From Octopus bimaculoides (Eukaryota): a stretch of 49,168 nucleotides of DNA. The notes beneath the pieces are model-generated. The model was not told the origin of the DNA and made no database searches. It saw nothing but the letters and a program-made list of their open reading frames with translations. The number at the start of each line of letters is the position of its first letter. The first letter of the stretch is position 1. The DNA is taken from the NCBI RefSeq assembly GCF_001194135.2, contig NC_069004.1, forward strand, positions 26,821,496 through 26,870,663. Direction: 5' to 3'. The translations under genes were made by a program, and so were the position numbers. This document shows positions 1-12,281 of this stretch, piece after piece.

Positions 1-40
<40 letters not shown>

Positions 41-192
41 ATATAATATATTTATACATATCTGTCTATATATGTATATTTGCATGTATATTTATATGTG
101 TGTGTGTGTGCGCGCATGCGCATATGTATGTATGTCTGAGGTTCTTTGAAAAATTGTATCAGGAAGAAGTTCGTGTGCGTACTTACACGCTT

Positions 193-223
<31 letters not shown>

Positions 224-253
224 TATATATTTGTATGCATCTGTGTGTGTGTA

Positions 254-301
<48 letters not shown>

Positions 302-330
302 TGTGTACAAATGCACGTACAAACACAATG
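1..330. repeat. Compound (TA)n/(CA)n/(TG)n microsatellite tract
   Basis: Directly visible dinucleotide runs; they explain the HTHT/CVCV ORFs at 52-447. Confidence 0.95.
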
Positions 331-484
331 AAAGAACAACTTCCATATTGGGTTCGGAATCTGCTGCAACGTACTAATCACAGTGTCTGGCATGGCTAAA
401 GGTTGCATGATACACTTGGACATTGCCGAAATCATAATGATGTCCATTCAGTAACTGACACACTGGATGGATTGGTGAAATCAC

Positions 485-600
485 TACAGCGGTATTTAGA
501 TCCAGACCTTAATTTTCTGAGTTCAACTCACGCTGAAAGCGACTTTGTCTTACCTTCTTCTAGGGGCCAATGGAAGAGAATACTGATCAAATACCAGGAT
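485..600 (+). mobile_element. Degenerate SINE family A copy
   Basis: cagcggtattt...ttctgagttcaa...gactttgtcttaccttcttctagggg...ataccag aligns by eye with intact family A copies at 35090 and 46191. Confidence 0.6.
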
Positions 601-879
601 TAAATTGAGTGACTCTTGCTGTTTGTTGATTCTCTTGAAGTAAGAGAGATCTGCTGGCAATTCACGTTCGAATCCTCTTGGTCCTGCTTTCAGTTTGAGA
701 AGGGATGATTATGTGAATAACATTGTTTACAAGGATCTGCTGAGGAGGAGCTGCGATTTGTGAATTAACGGGGATTATCGGCATCGAAATATATTAATAT
801 ATTATTATGGAATAATAATCACATGCCTTATAATTCACGAGGCAAACGTATCTCCACCTACGTATGCAAGCCTTAGTCT

Positions 880-1160
880 TTAGGTGCTGCTGCTGCTGCC
901 GCTGCTGCTGTTGCTGCTGCTGAGGCTGAAGCTGGTGGTGGTTGTGGTGGAGGTGGTGGAGGTGGTGGAGGTGGTGGAGGTGGTGGTGGTTTTGATGATG
1001 ACGAAGACGATAATGACGGCCATGATGACAACAGCGATGTTGTTGATGATTAAGAGGAGAAGGAGGAGGAGGATGAAGAGGAGGAGGAAGAGATGGAGGA
1101 GGAGGAAGAGATGGAGGAGGAGGAAGAGATGGAGGAGGAGGAGGAGGAGGAGGAGGAGTA
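880..1160. repeat. GC-rich trinucleotide mosaic (GCT)n/(GGT,GGA)n/(GAG)n
   Basis: Visible triplet runs giving poly-L/V/R ORFs on both strands. Confidence 0.9.
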
Positions 1161-1659
1161 TGGTAATAAGGATATCTCCATCATCTGGAGAAGTGGAGAG
1201 AGCATAATTGATTAACAACCGCTCTCATGTTGAATCAGACCCAAATAATCGAAATATTGATCCCTTCTTTGATGACATACACCTGACCTCTTTAAAATTT
1301 ATGACCTCAGTATCGCGGACAAGATGCTTAAAATGTCAACGCAAATGAAATGTTCATGCTACTACTTGTGCGGTTTGTATTTACACGAGCTGAGGTCTAA
1401 GGTAACGACCGGGTTGTTAACTGTCGTTATGTTTATAATTACAGTGATATTATTAAGTTCTAGTTCATTAAAGTTGCTAATTACCCCTTCCTATATTTTA
1501 ATCCAGATTATGTCAGTTTTGTCATTAGAAATAACGAGGTCATCATCTTTATACAGGCCTCTGTCTAAAGCGTAAGCTCTCAATTTATGCTTATCTTAGA
1601 TATGTAATCCAACCAGGTTGAAGAATTTCTCTCTTTTAAATCAGTAACATTGAGTGGAG

Positions 1660-2538
1660 ATTTTTCAACTAGTCTCTGTCAGAGTTAACGAGTGTAGTGT
1701 GCTACTGGTCCCAATTAAAGCTTGCTGGTATGAATTGATAAGATATGGTCGGTAGAATGTTAGCTTCTTGTACCAATATCCAATAATCAAGTCTCTTCCG
1801 GTTGCTTTTCCATTCTGGAGTTTCTGGAACACAGTTGCAAGAGTTTCACCATCAATTTCATACAGGAGCAATAACTTTTTCGGATTTCTTCCAGCCACAG
1901 TGCTTCTTGGTTAAATTTCTTCTCTTCATTTCACATTCTCCTCCAGAGGGAGCCAATGTCTTCTCGTGAAGGAGATTCCATGATGTTTACTGCTGCTCCT
2001 CTCATGTCTCTGTATACTGCTTCCTGGTTGCGGTTAAATTTTTTGTTTATTGTTCTTCTCTCGGTTATTGTCTTCTGATGTCAGAGTCTTTCACCGACAG
2101 CTTTTAGCTCCTTACTTTAGGTTAATCAGTTTGCAAGTGAGTGTCCTCTTTTTGCTGTCTCTGAACATCATTTCTATCTCCTTCTTTACTTTCTGTTGGT
2201 GGGACGTATAGTGATTTGCTTGTTTGCAATAAGCATCATTACATCACTGATGGTCTTCCGTAAACCAGTTACTTTTTGAATATCATTCATGTACTGTTTT
2301 ACACTAATAGCCAGATCATATAGACAGACGTTAATCTGCCTGTATGTGGGTTCATCACACTGCTGTAAATACTCATCACTAATTTCGTTAACAGCTTTTA
2401 ATACTGTATCTGGTGATTTTTTACTTGCTTTGGTAGAGAATTCTTTCTCCTCGAAAGTCCTTCAAAACCAAACTTATTTTTTCTCGGAAAATTTCAGTAA
2501 GGGTGCATTTCACCGACATATAATCCTGACTACTACTA

Positions 2539-2634
<96 letters not shown>

Positions 2635-3060
2635 ATACTACTACTACGACAATAATCGTTCCGGTTGTACCTGCTGTTTATCATAGTCGTAGTAGGGGGA
2701 CAGTGGTCAGTTATTCAAGCCAGTTATAGTTTGGCTGGCAGGCACTAGGGAATTTGTTGGAATGTTGCTAGCTGCGAAACCACGTGGTGGTCTTATACCA
2801 ATCACGTTTTCATTTTTGTTTATAGAGTTGGGAAGAAGATTAATTTTCGATTTCTTAATAAAGTTACAGTTATTAACCTTCTTTCTATGTTCTACAAATA
2901 CTGTTTGTTGGCGTAGTTGCTTCGCAGTAAAATGATTTAATTCTGGATGCAGATCGTCCCAATATGATTTCAATCGATTCATATAACCAACAGCGCGGTT
3001 TTGTATCGCTTTTTCGTAGCAGTTAAATAGATCATTATTCAATTCATAACTCCAAGAGAA
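1660..3060 (-). mobile_element. R4/Dong-clade non-LTR retrotransposon, decayed 5' half (N-terminal domain to start of RT)
   Basis: Minus frames: NDLFNCYEKAIQNRAVGYMNRLKSYWDDLHPELNHFTAKQLRQQ (R4-type N-terminal motif), RRTINKKFNRNQEAVYRDM, and KLQNGKATGRDLIIGYWYKKL (RT-proximal KxPGxDxIxxYWxK motif). Stops and frameshifts present; interrupted by a (CTA)n tract. Confidence 0.8.
2527..2650. repeat. (CTA)n(CTG)n(CTA)n microsatellite inside the Dong remnant
   Basis: Visible triplet run. Confidence 0.95.
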
Positions 3061-3385
3061 ATGAGTTTTGCAGTTACGGTTTCTTCGCTAACTACAGCTA
3101 GGAAGTAATTGTTTACCTGTTGAGCTGTTGTTTTCGTTCTGTTCCTCGACTGTGTTGTTGTTGATGTTGTGTGCAGCCATGTTGCTTGTAGTAATTCTCT
3201 GATTGCCAAATTCAAGTTTCAATCGAAAATCGCTACACTCGTGAATAAAAGGCTCCCTCAGTCAATTCATCTGAAGATTAACCAATTATTTAACAAGGCT
3301 GCTAGTTGTGGCTCCAAAGTTGGAGATCGTATTCCTCGTATTTTCGATAGTCTCCCACGCTAAATACAAGACTTGAGGCTTCGAG

Positions 3386-3387
<2 letters not shown>

Positions 3388-3419
<32 letters not shown>

Positions 3420-3480
3420 TGTATGTATGTATGTATGTATGTATCTGCACATACATACATACATACATACATATGTATGT
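3388..3480. repeat. (TATG)n/(CATA)n tetranucleotide repeat
   Basis: Visible run that switches orientation near 3448. Confidence 0.95.
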
Positions 3481-4858
3481 GTCGCAGAGTTACCATGACC
3501 TGTTAATGACAAAAATATGTGTAGATCACTGTGCGTGTGTCAGCGCGAGCGAGCGTGTGTGTGCTCGCTCACGCTGATGGACATTTGCAACGTTTCTCGT
3601 ACTTTTAAATCATTGGTCAAATGGCGGCTACGCTAGAATTCCATTTAAAACGTGGTTCTACAGAAACCCGGAATCTGGAAACCTGCTCTGTCGAACCGAA
3701 CATCTGAATTTTGTTACTTTGACTGTATAGAACAAGCATAGACCTATAATACAGCATTGCCTTTATATCTATCTATCTATCTATATCTATATCTAGATAT
3801 GCAGGGCAGGGAATCGTCAATTAGTAATAAAATTAATAATTAACAATTTTGCCGGGTAGCTCAGTATGAAAAAACCTTTTCGGTAAAAAAACATTTATAA
3901 TCATAAATATATAGGGATTGACAGTAACCTGCTTCTCCAACATACTGAGAATTCAGAAATAGCAGTCAAAGAACTACTGATTTCAAAACTACAAATTATT
4001 ACTCCAGATTGATAGCGATATTTTTGATACACAAAGAACAAAAAACAGTAGAGAAGAGTAAAAAAACCACCTGCCTTTAGTTAATTTAGTACGATCGTTT
4101 CACAGTTAAGAGTAAAGAATACTCTATTCTGATCTTCAGCTAAATATTCTNNNNNNNNNNNNNNNNNNNNNNNNNNNNNNNNNNNNNNNNNNNNNNNNNN
4201 NNNNNNNNNNNNNNNNNNNNNNNNNNNNNNNNNNNNNNNNNNNNNNNNNNNNNNNNNNNNNNNNNNNNNNNNNNNNNNNNNNNNNNNNNNNNNNNNNNNN
4301 NNNNNNNNNNNNNNNNNNNNNNNNNNNNNNNNNNNNNNNNNNNNNNNNNNNNNNNNNNNNNNNNNNNNNNNNNNNNNNNNNNNNNNNNNNNNNNNNNNNN
4401 NNNNNNNNNNNNNNNNNNNNNNNNNNNNNNNNNNNNNNNNNNNNNNNNNNNNNNNNNNNNNNNNNNNNNNNNNNNNNNNNNNNNNNNNNNNNNNNNNNNN
4501 NNNNNNNNNNNNNNNNNNNNNNNNNNNNNNNNNNNNNNNNNNNNNNNNNNNNNNNNNNNNNNNNNNNNNNNNNNNNNNNNNNNNNNNNNNNNNNNNNNNN
4601 NNNNNNNNNNNNNNNNNNNNNNNNNNNNNNNNNNNNNNNNNNNNNNNNNNNNNNNNNNNNNNNNNNNNNNNNNNNNNNNNNNNNNNNNNNNNNNNNNNNN
4701 NNNNNNNNNNNNNNNNNNNNNNNNNNNNNNNNNNNNNNNNNNNNNNNNNNNNNNNNNNNNNNNNNNNNNNNNNNNNNNNNNNNNNNNNNNNNNNNNNNNN
4801 NNNNNNNNNCATCAATCTACCAATCAATGTGTCTCCGATGTAGATGTATATGTGTATG

Positions 4859-4927
<69 letters not shown>

Positions 4928-5484
4928 ACGCTTGTACGTATACATACATACACGCCTGTAATTCTGTATATATTTGCCTAGTAAATTGTACATATGTGTT
5001 TAGTTATATGTGTATATATACACACACATACACACATTCATGTATGTATGTGTGGCGTAAACGTAACAAAAGTTTCATAAATAGCACCAGAATGATGGCA
5101 AGATTTTAGCTTATGTTTTTTTTTTCAAATGAAATTTATTATCATTCTTCCTTCTATTTATTCATTTATTTACACATTTTCGGAAAATTCAAAGGAGTTT
5201 AGATCGAAACCTATTATCATCAATGATTTTAAATATTTAATTGGTTCCTTATTGTATTTTCTTTTCTTATATTCTGCTAATTACATAATTAAATTGTCCA
5301 TTTCGTTTCCATATCAAACGTAGAAATGAGAAGAACTCATTAAATATTGTACTACCAGCTTTTTAATTATGTCATAGTGAATTCTGAAAAATTCCTATTT
5401 GATATTATTTTGAAATGTTCGTTAAGTTTTACTACAAAGCTCTTGCATGTTATGATTAACGGTGTGTTTGTATATGGATGCAGT

Positions 5485-5525
<41 letters not shown>

Positions 5526-5786
5526 NNNNNNNNNNNNNNNNNNNNNNNNNNNNNNNNNNNNNNNNNNNNNNNNNNNNNNNNNNNNNNNNNNNNNNNNNNN
5601 NNNNNNNNNNNNNNNNNNNNNNNNNNNNNNNNNNNNNNNNNNNNNNNNNNNNNNNNNNNNNNNNNNNNNNNNNNNNNNNNNNNNNNNNNNNNNNNNNNNN
5701 NNNNNNNNNNNNNNNNNNNNNNNNNNNNNNNNNNNNNNNNNNNNNNNNNNNNNNNNNNNNNNNNNNNNNNNNNNNNNNNNNNNNNN

Positions 5787-5846
<60 letters not shown>

Positions 5847-6371
5847 GTAAAGGTATTTATATGAATAAATAGATATATGTATATATGTATACATATATAT
5901 ACATGTATGTACATTTAGATATATAGAGCGATAAACAGATGCATACATACATATATATGCGTAGATAAATGTATGTATAACATTATGTACCCATCTTCGT
6001 ATATATATATATATATATATATATGCATAGGTATATCTGTATAAATGAATAGATAGATAGATAGATAGATTTTATTAAGAGAACGCATAAAGGATCGAGA
6101 CATATCTAAGGGAGACCCGCTACAATTATTGGTGCTAGTCATAATAAATAGTGTCAGTCAGTGTCAGTATAGGAGAGAGTACGAAGTTAGACGGCCATAG
6201 ATAGTCGTGGTCTTACTAGTCTAACAAACTATACTGCTATACTGCAGTAGACGTGAACAGCGGCAACGATAAATTAACAAACTCACGAGGAATGAACAAA
6301 CTGACAAGGAGTTACGAAACTCGCAAAATTTTTTTTCTGCGAATTTTAGGGTATACAAAAATCAGAAAATT

Positions 6372-7020
6372 ATGGAAAAATTGTCGGCCGGTTTGCATTA
6401 GTTGCAAAAACAGCAGCAACAACTGAAAGAACAGCAACAATTACTATTATAGCTATAAACGCTGTAATCAATAGAGAATTCGTTGTCTAAAAAAGCTGAA
6501 AAAATTTCTCGCCAGATTATGTTGCGGACATAATAACAGAGTTTAAATAGGAACCAGACGGAGGAGTTACCTTCGTGGCGTACTACAGAAGATACGAACA
6601 AATCTACAGTAAAAGTGCAAAGATTGGGTCGACGATATGAAAACCCATTTAATCTTAAGGAAACTGGTTGCAGGATAACATGAGCGTTGCAGCAATTAAG
6701 TACTTCCGAAAAAACCTGACATAAACTGTGTAATTTTTTTAGTTAGAAAAGCTCGTTGTTCAATACACATTGGAAATGTTTGAACCTAGAAACAAACAAC
6801 GCGGAGGACAACACCACGTATGCTGGCAGCATTAACATGGAATGTGAAAAGATCAAACTGGAGGTATTAACGCTAGATATGTTCAAGTGCCTGGTATTTA
6901 CTCAGGGACTACGGCTATATCGGAGTGGGCGTGATAACAGTCCAACAAAAAAATTACGAAGATTACCAAATATACAAGCGATCGGTGACATGTTGATTAT
7001 TCAACAGTTCATAGGCAATT
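6372..7020 (+). mobile_element. Ty3/Gypsy (K02A2.6-like) gag remnant
   Basis: Broken frames give EFK*EPDGGVTFVAYYRRYEQIY, DDMKTHLILRKLVAG*HERCSN*VLPKKP and TYAGSINMECEKIKLEVLTLDMFKCLVFTQGL, matching the gag pattern TFxxWxxRYE...LLRKL...H..Y...LPK.P...YAG.VN.ECE.F.L..L..D.FKCLIF..GL. No LTR pair identified. Confidence 0.75.
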
Positions 7021-7544
7021 AAAATTTTTAATAAGGATTACCAATATTTAAGAAATGTAAAGATTATGCCAGTAATCTATAATCAATTCATCGTGATGGA
7101 GCGTCCATTGTTGTTTGGTAATCTGGAACTCCAATATTAGCCAAACGTATCCTCGTAGGGTAACTTTATAGACGCAATCCCATGGTCACACATGACAGAA
7201 TGGGGTCCTTTTTTAATGGAACAGTATCTTTAATTAAAGAAGACCCAATTAATTATAATTCAGAAAAAAATAACTTAAGGATAAAATCAGAGAACAGCGA
7301 TGTTCTGTTCGAAATTTCAGAGAAGTCTTCTCCGAGTGCAAGGTACGTATTTATAACCCTGCAATATAGAACTCAATAACTAGTAATAGGATTAATGGGT
7401 TATATTTAGCTGGTTGAGTGTACCTTAATACTATCAATATATTTAACTGATCGTATTTAAGCTACTTATGCCTGCTTGCTTTTAGCTTTAATTGTAGATT
7501 CCTATAACTAATTTTATGTAATTTATATCTTTTAGTTTTTACTT

Positions 7545-7685
7545 TTTATTATCTGTCATTACACTGCGGCTGTGCTGAGGCACCGCCTTGAAGAGTGTTT
7601 TAGTTGATGTCTTTTACTGAACTGCTAAGGTTACGGGAACGTAAACACATCTACACAAAGACATCTCACCACACACACACAAACA
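7545..7685 (-). mobile_element. SINE family C, 3' portion
   Basis: tctgtcattacactgcggctgtgctgaggcaccgccttgaag is the reverse complement of the family C 3' end; compare 41572-41760. Confidence 0.75.
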
Positions 7686-7694
7686 TATATACCA

Positions 7695-7800
7695 GGCTTT
7701 AAAAATATGTACTGGAGTCGATTCATTCGTTTCAAAATTCCTGAAGGCGGTGCCCCAGCATGGCCGCAGTCCATGACAGAAACAAGTGAAAGGTAAAAGA
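7695..7800 (+). mobile_element. SINE family C, 3' portion
   Basis: gaaggcggtgccccagcatggccgcagtccatgacagaaacaagtgaaag. Confidence 0.8.
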
Positions 7801-8037
7801 TTTACAGCTTTTTAATTCTTTATAATTCTTATAAATGAATTCTTTTAACATTTTCTTAAAACTCACCGGAATGTTAAACTGTAGTAGTATTCATCTAACC
7901 TATACTCTGAACCCATTTGATTTTAATTGATTTGCTTCATTCTTAATAATTACGTGGCAATATTGATTAATAGGATATTGGAATAAATGTTCTGCTACAA
8001 ATTGGTTCGTAATATACCCTAATGACTACTTGATAAG

Positions 8038-8336
8038 GTTATCTCTACAGATTTTCGATATAAATTCTAGCCAGCACTGATTTAGTTACGACGTTTTCGT
8101 ATCGGAGATGTCTGATGTAAACAGCACTAAGATCGACGATGAAAAATGGGTAATGGATGTATATGACACATCTCATATGATGAAGGAGCAAAAATTCTTC
8201 AAATATGTCATATACGTCCATTACCCATTTTTCATCTTCGATTTCATTGTTAATTACATCAGGCGACTTGCATACGAAAACGTCGTAACAGAACCAGTGT
8301 TGGCTATAATTTCTATGGAAAATCTGTAGAGATAAC
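8038..8336. repeat. Long imperfect inverted repeat (arms 8038-8168 and 8206-8336, 37-nt loop)
   Basis: Manual alignment of revcomp(left arm) to right arm: 110/131 identical, no gaps. Confidence 0.95.
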
Positions 8337-8492
8337 TAAAACAAGAAATGTAATAGCACTGCTAACGTAGTAGGACACGGTATTGACTTATAAAAACGTT
8401 TAATAAACTCTGTTGTATATCACGGCTGCATAACTAAACACAGTGTCTCCAGAAATAAATAAGATGTACGTACAAGCATTAATATTTACGTA

Positions 8493-8655
8493 CGTATTTC
8501 GTCTGTCTTTACGTTCTGAGTTCAAACTCCGCCGAGGTCAACTTTGCCTTTCATCCTTTCGGAGTCGATAACTTAAGTACCAGTTGCGTACTGGGGTCAA
8601 TCTAAGCGTCTGGCCTCCACCTCCAAAATTTCAGGTCTCCTCCTCCAAAAATTCG
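8493..8655 (+). mobile_element. SINE family A, 5'-truncated
   Basis: gtatttcgtctgtctttacgttctgagttcaaactccgccgaggtcaactttgcctttcatcctttcggagtcgataacttaagtaccag. Confidence 0.9.
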
Positions 8656-8769
8656 GGAGCATCCACGAATGTGTAAATATGTGAAATAGGTATATCCAAT
8701 AACGTTACACCATTATATTTAGTGACTCTTTAAGAAATGAGTTCGTGGATGATTAATGGTTCGGGTGGG

Positions 8770-9075
8770 TAGCTGAGGAAGGAGCAGACACTCCTGGAGT
8801 ATGGCATATATGCCCATTCCACATTTTTTAATCTTCGATTCTATTGTTGTTGTTTACATCTCCGATACGAAACGTCGTAACAAATTTAGTGCTGGCTATA
8901 AAAACTTCTATATTTTCTATAATTCCTATAGAACATTTCTAGAAATAATCTAAAAAAGTAATGTGATAGCATTGCTAACAGAGTAGAACACAGTATTGAC
9001 TTACAAAAACGTCTAACATACGTAGTGTATTACGGTTACATAATGAACCACGGTGTTTTTAGAATTCATTAAGCA
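8770..9075. repeat. Third, direct copy of the unclassified repeat at 8176-8465
   Basis: Shared blocks gaaggagca, catttttNatcttcgatt, gatacgaaacgtcgtaaca, gctggctataa, gtattgacttaNaaaaacgt, cacNgtgt in the same order. Confidence 0.85.
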
Positions 9076-9185
9076 TCCGGGAATGTGTTTAATATGTTAC
9101 ACCATTACACCGCTTGTCTGAACAGGTCTTCGGATGCATCAAAAAGACAAGAAGAAACGGGAGCCTCAATAAGATACATACATAC

Positions 9186-9225
<40 letters not shown>

Positions 9226-9250
9226 GTGTGTGTGTGCGTGAATGTGTATG

Positions 9251-9312
<62 letters not shown>

Positions 9313-9513
9313 CATACACATTCACGCACACACACATATACATATNNNNNNNNNNNNNNNNNNNNNNNNNNNNNNNNNNNNNNNNNNNNNNNNNNNNNNN
9401 NNNNNNNNNNNNNNNNNNNNNNNNNNNNNNNNNNNNNNNNNNNNNNNNNNNNNNNNNNNNNNNNNNNNNNNNNNNNNNNNNNNNNNNNNNNNNNNNNNNN
9501 NNNNNNNNNNNNN

Positions 9514-9555
<42 letters not shown>

Positions 9556-9999
9556 ATAAACTATTTTGTGTATATATCAGGGTGAAGAACAACAAATAAA
9601 TAGTTAAACGATGTTAATTATGAAATTATTAGACGTACGCTGTATGCCTTCAATGCGTTCAGTTTGCTTTGGCATAAGCGACCAACCAACAGTAAATTGC
9701 AACTGGATTATACAACAGCTTCAATGCCTAAAAATAAAAGGAAGGTAATAAAATACCCATAGTTAGAATTGTGGAAGTATGTTGCCTGATTTAGTAATAT
9801 AACTAGATATACCCGTATGTCTTCTAATTATCTTGAAGTCATAATGTATTAACGAGATAGGAGAGAATATTTCCCAGTGTTAGCAGCTTGAAGTGTTTAT
9901 GTGAGTAATTGCTATTAGCGTTGTTACTAGATTCATTATCATCATCCTTCGTTATTTCTTACACTTTAAATTGCCGCTCTGCTTCGATTATCGTCTATT

Positions 10000-10760
10000 A
10001 TATATACAACAGCTTGGATATACAACTCTAATTCTTCTGAAGGCTATCGCTTCGGCCAACTTCTTAGAACTTTTGTTATCTTCGTTATGTTCATCCGTTG
10101 GAACGATGATGGTTATCTAGTCGTCGTGGATATGATTGATGACTTGCGCGGTGTCTTAGATTAAAATGAAGACGAGTTGCATACTTTTGAACTTAGTCTC
10201 TTATCCGTTTTCATGTTTAATCCAGTGGCAAGGCTAGGAGGTCTAGACCAGGGGTTTTCAAACTGTGGTCCGCGGACTACAGGGGGTCCGTAGGGACAAG
10301 ACAGGGGATTCGTGGACAGCAAATACTTTTTATGGGCAATTTGATTTTATATATGTCTTTTAAATGAAATCTTTTAATTGACAATAAACCTATTTGTTAA
10401 ATACTGTTAAATAAATAAATGTAAAAATATATGTCATTTTAAGCAAATATTTATGTATAAATTTCATAAGCGTTTATAAGGGGGTTCCCTAAGGTAAAGC
10501 CTGAAATATAAAGGGGTCCGCAAGTCAAAAAGTTTGAAAACCCCCGGTCTAGACGACTGCAGAGAGAGACGGATACAATGAATAACGAAATATCTTAGTT
10601 GCCTAATTTTGCTCTTGTCACTCCACAGTGCATTACTGCAGCCGCTTTCCCCTCCGTTGAACCATGAAAATTTTTGCCACAGAGTTCGTCGGATCCAGTC
10701 TTCACATGCATACGAAGCGCTTGATAACACCATGATGCCAAAATTTGTTCATTTTCAAGA
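10000..10760 (-). mobile_element. Probable Tc1-family transposase fossil, split by a MITE
   Basis: With the MITE removed, minus frames give NALWSDKSKI (cf. Tc1 NVLWSDESKI), KHENG (cf. KHGGG), LVFI, FQRMN (cf. FQQDN) and KVLRSWPKR*P (cf. VLxWPxxSP) in the expected order; heavily degraded. Confidence 0.5.
10249..10546. mobile_element. hAT (Charlie-type) MITE, 298 bp
   Basis: 16-bp TIR caggggttttcaaact / agtttgaaaacccccg (1 mismatch); perfect 8-bp TSD GTCTAGAC at 10241-10248 and 10547-10554, fitting the NTCTAGAN Charlie target preference. Confidence 0.95.
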
Positions 10761-11609
10761 GAAGTCGCTAGTAGTTACATTTTAAGTCTTTGAACAGTCA
10801 GATGTCAGTTTAACTGAAACGAAACAACGCAGTTATTAAATTAGAACAGTTGAAATGGTATTGCAGCTATGATAACACCTAGTACTATCCTATACATTAT
10901 ACTTGCATTTTTGAAAGATAACAGAGTGTGATGCGAAAGATATTTGTGACATAGGTACTATTTCTAGCAGGTTAAGTGAACACTAAAACGTTACTTTGTA
11001 GTCTCAGAGAACTTAACTAAACCGACACTAATGCAACAGACTAATGATACAAATCGTTCCGACCGTGACTATCCAACCTTTTTACATATGTATAACTACA
11101 TCTATGATAAATCTCCTTCCAATGGGCCTGATTTAAGCAAGATTTAATTGTCATTTCTGGAGTTTCGATCCTTCATTTTAGTGCCTTTAAAACTTCTGAG
11201 AACCAGAGTTTTAATAAATGTGGCCATGGCTTATGCAAACAATAAGAATATACTAGTAAAATATCGATTTCCATTTCAATAAATATTTTCTTATTTAAAG
11301 ACGAACAGTTTTCTTTATTGACTTTATTGAAACTAATAAAGATTAAAGAAACTAATGAAGATTAATTTTCTTACACTGATTGAAACCAAATAATTACATA
11401 GTCTTGGTATGCAAATGTATGATTTACTAATTACAATTCTATAAGGTTATTTATAATACGGCGAAGAATTGAGAATTGAGTATTGTTTTGTAAGAAGAGG
11501 CGGCTATTGCGAGCGAAATGATTTATTGTCTACCTTAAACGGTGGCATTTCTGCCAAATTAAATATTTGAGATTCGAAGTCTCTGGTTAATTATCATTTG
11601 TCTTTTGCT

Positions 11610-11690
11610 TCTTTCAGTCATTACACTGTGGCCATTCTAGGGCATCGTCTTGAAGAATTTTTAATCGAATGAATGGACTCTAGTAATTAT
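11610..11690 (-). mobile_element. SINE family C, 3' end
   Basis: cttctttcagtcattacactgtggccattctagggcatcgtcttgaag. Confidence 0.7.
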
Positions 11691-11759
11691 TATTTTATTT
11701 TATTTATGACACATACACATATATATGTACGGGTATATATGTATACATATGTATGTATG

Positions 11760-11868
<109 letters not shown>

Positions 11869-11904
11869 ATATAATTAAATACATGTGTGTGTATGTGTGT
11901 GTGT

Positions 11905-12091
11905 AGGCGGAAGAGTGGCTGTGTGGTAAGAAGCTTGCTTCCCAACCACATAGTTCCAGGTTCAGTCCCATTGCGTGGCACCTTGGACAAGTGTTTTCTA
12001 CTATAGCCTCGGGCCCACCAAAGCCTTGTAAGTGGATTTGGTAGACGGAAACTTAAAGAAGCCCGTCGTATAGATATACACACACACGCAC

Positions 12092-12145
<54 letters not shown>

Positions 12146-12212
12146 ATCTCTGTGTTTGTCCCCCCCCCATCGCTTGACACCGATGTTTGTCTATGTCCCT
12201 GTAACTATGTGG

Positions 12213-12213
<1 letters not shown>
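11905..12213 (+). mobile_element. SINE family C (tRNA-like head, CORE-like block, internal (TA)/(TG) tract), 3'-truncated
   Basis: Head ggcggaagagtggctgtgtggtaagaagcttgcttcccaaccacatagttccaggttcagtccc with A/B-box-like motifs, followed by gtggcaccttggacaagtgtt. Confidence 0.9.

Positions 12214-12281
<68 letters not shown>

Noticed and set aside
3800-4150. Possible Penelope/GIY-YIG fragment (HKYIG)
   Set aside because: A single short motif cut by a gap; probably a repeat but not classifiable.
7182-7379. 65-aa ORF or 22-nt micro-exon ending at AG|GTACGT (7342)
   Set aside because: Splice-like motifs alone are expected by chance; no homology.
8051-8323. Hairpin arms as duplicated 99-nt coding exons (tctctacag|...TGG|GTAAT) with a TIR-like YDVFV motif
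   Set aside because: Arm differences fall 6/7/8 on codon positions 1/2/3 (no third-position bias), two of the three copies have a stop at the same codon, and the TIR spacing does not fit.
10030-10760. TIR-domain pseudogene reading (SYACEDWIRRTL)
   Set aside because: Ordered Tc1 motifs (LWSDxSK, KHxxG, FQxxN, VLxWP) explain the region better; both readings are weak.
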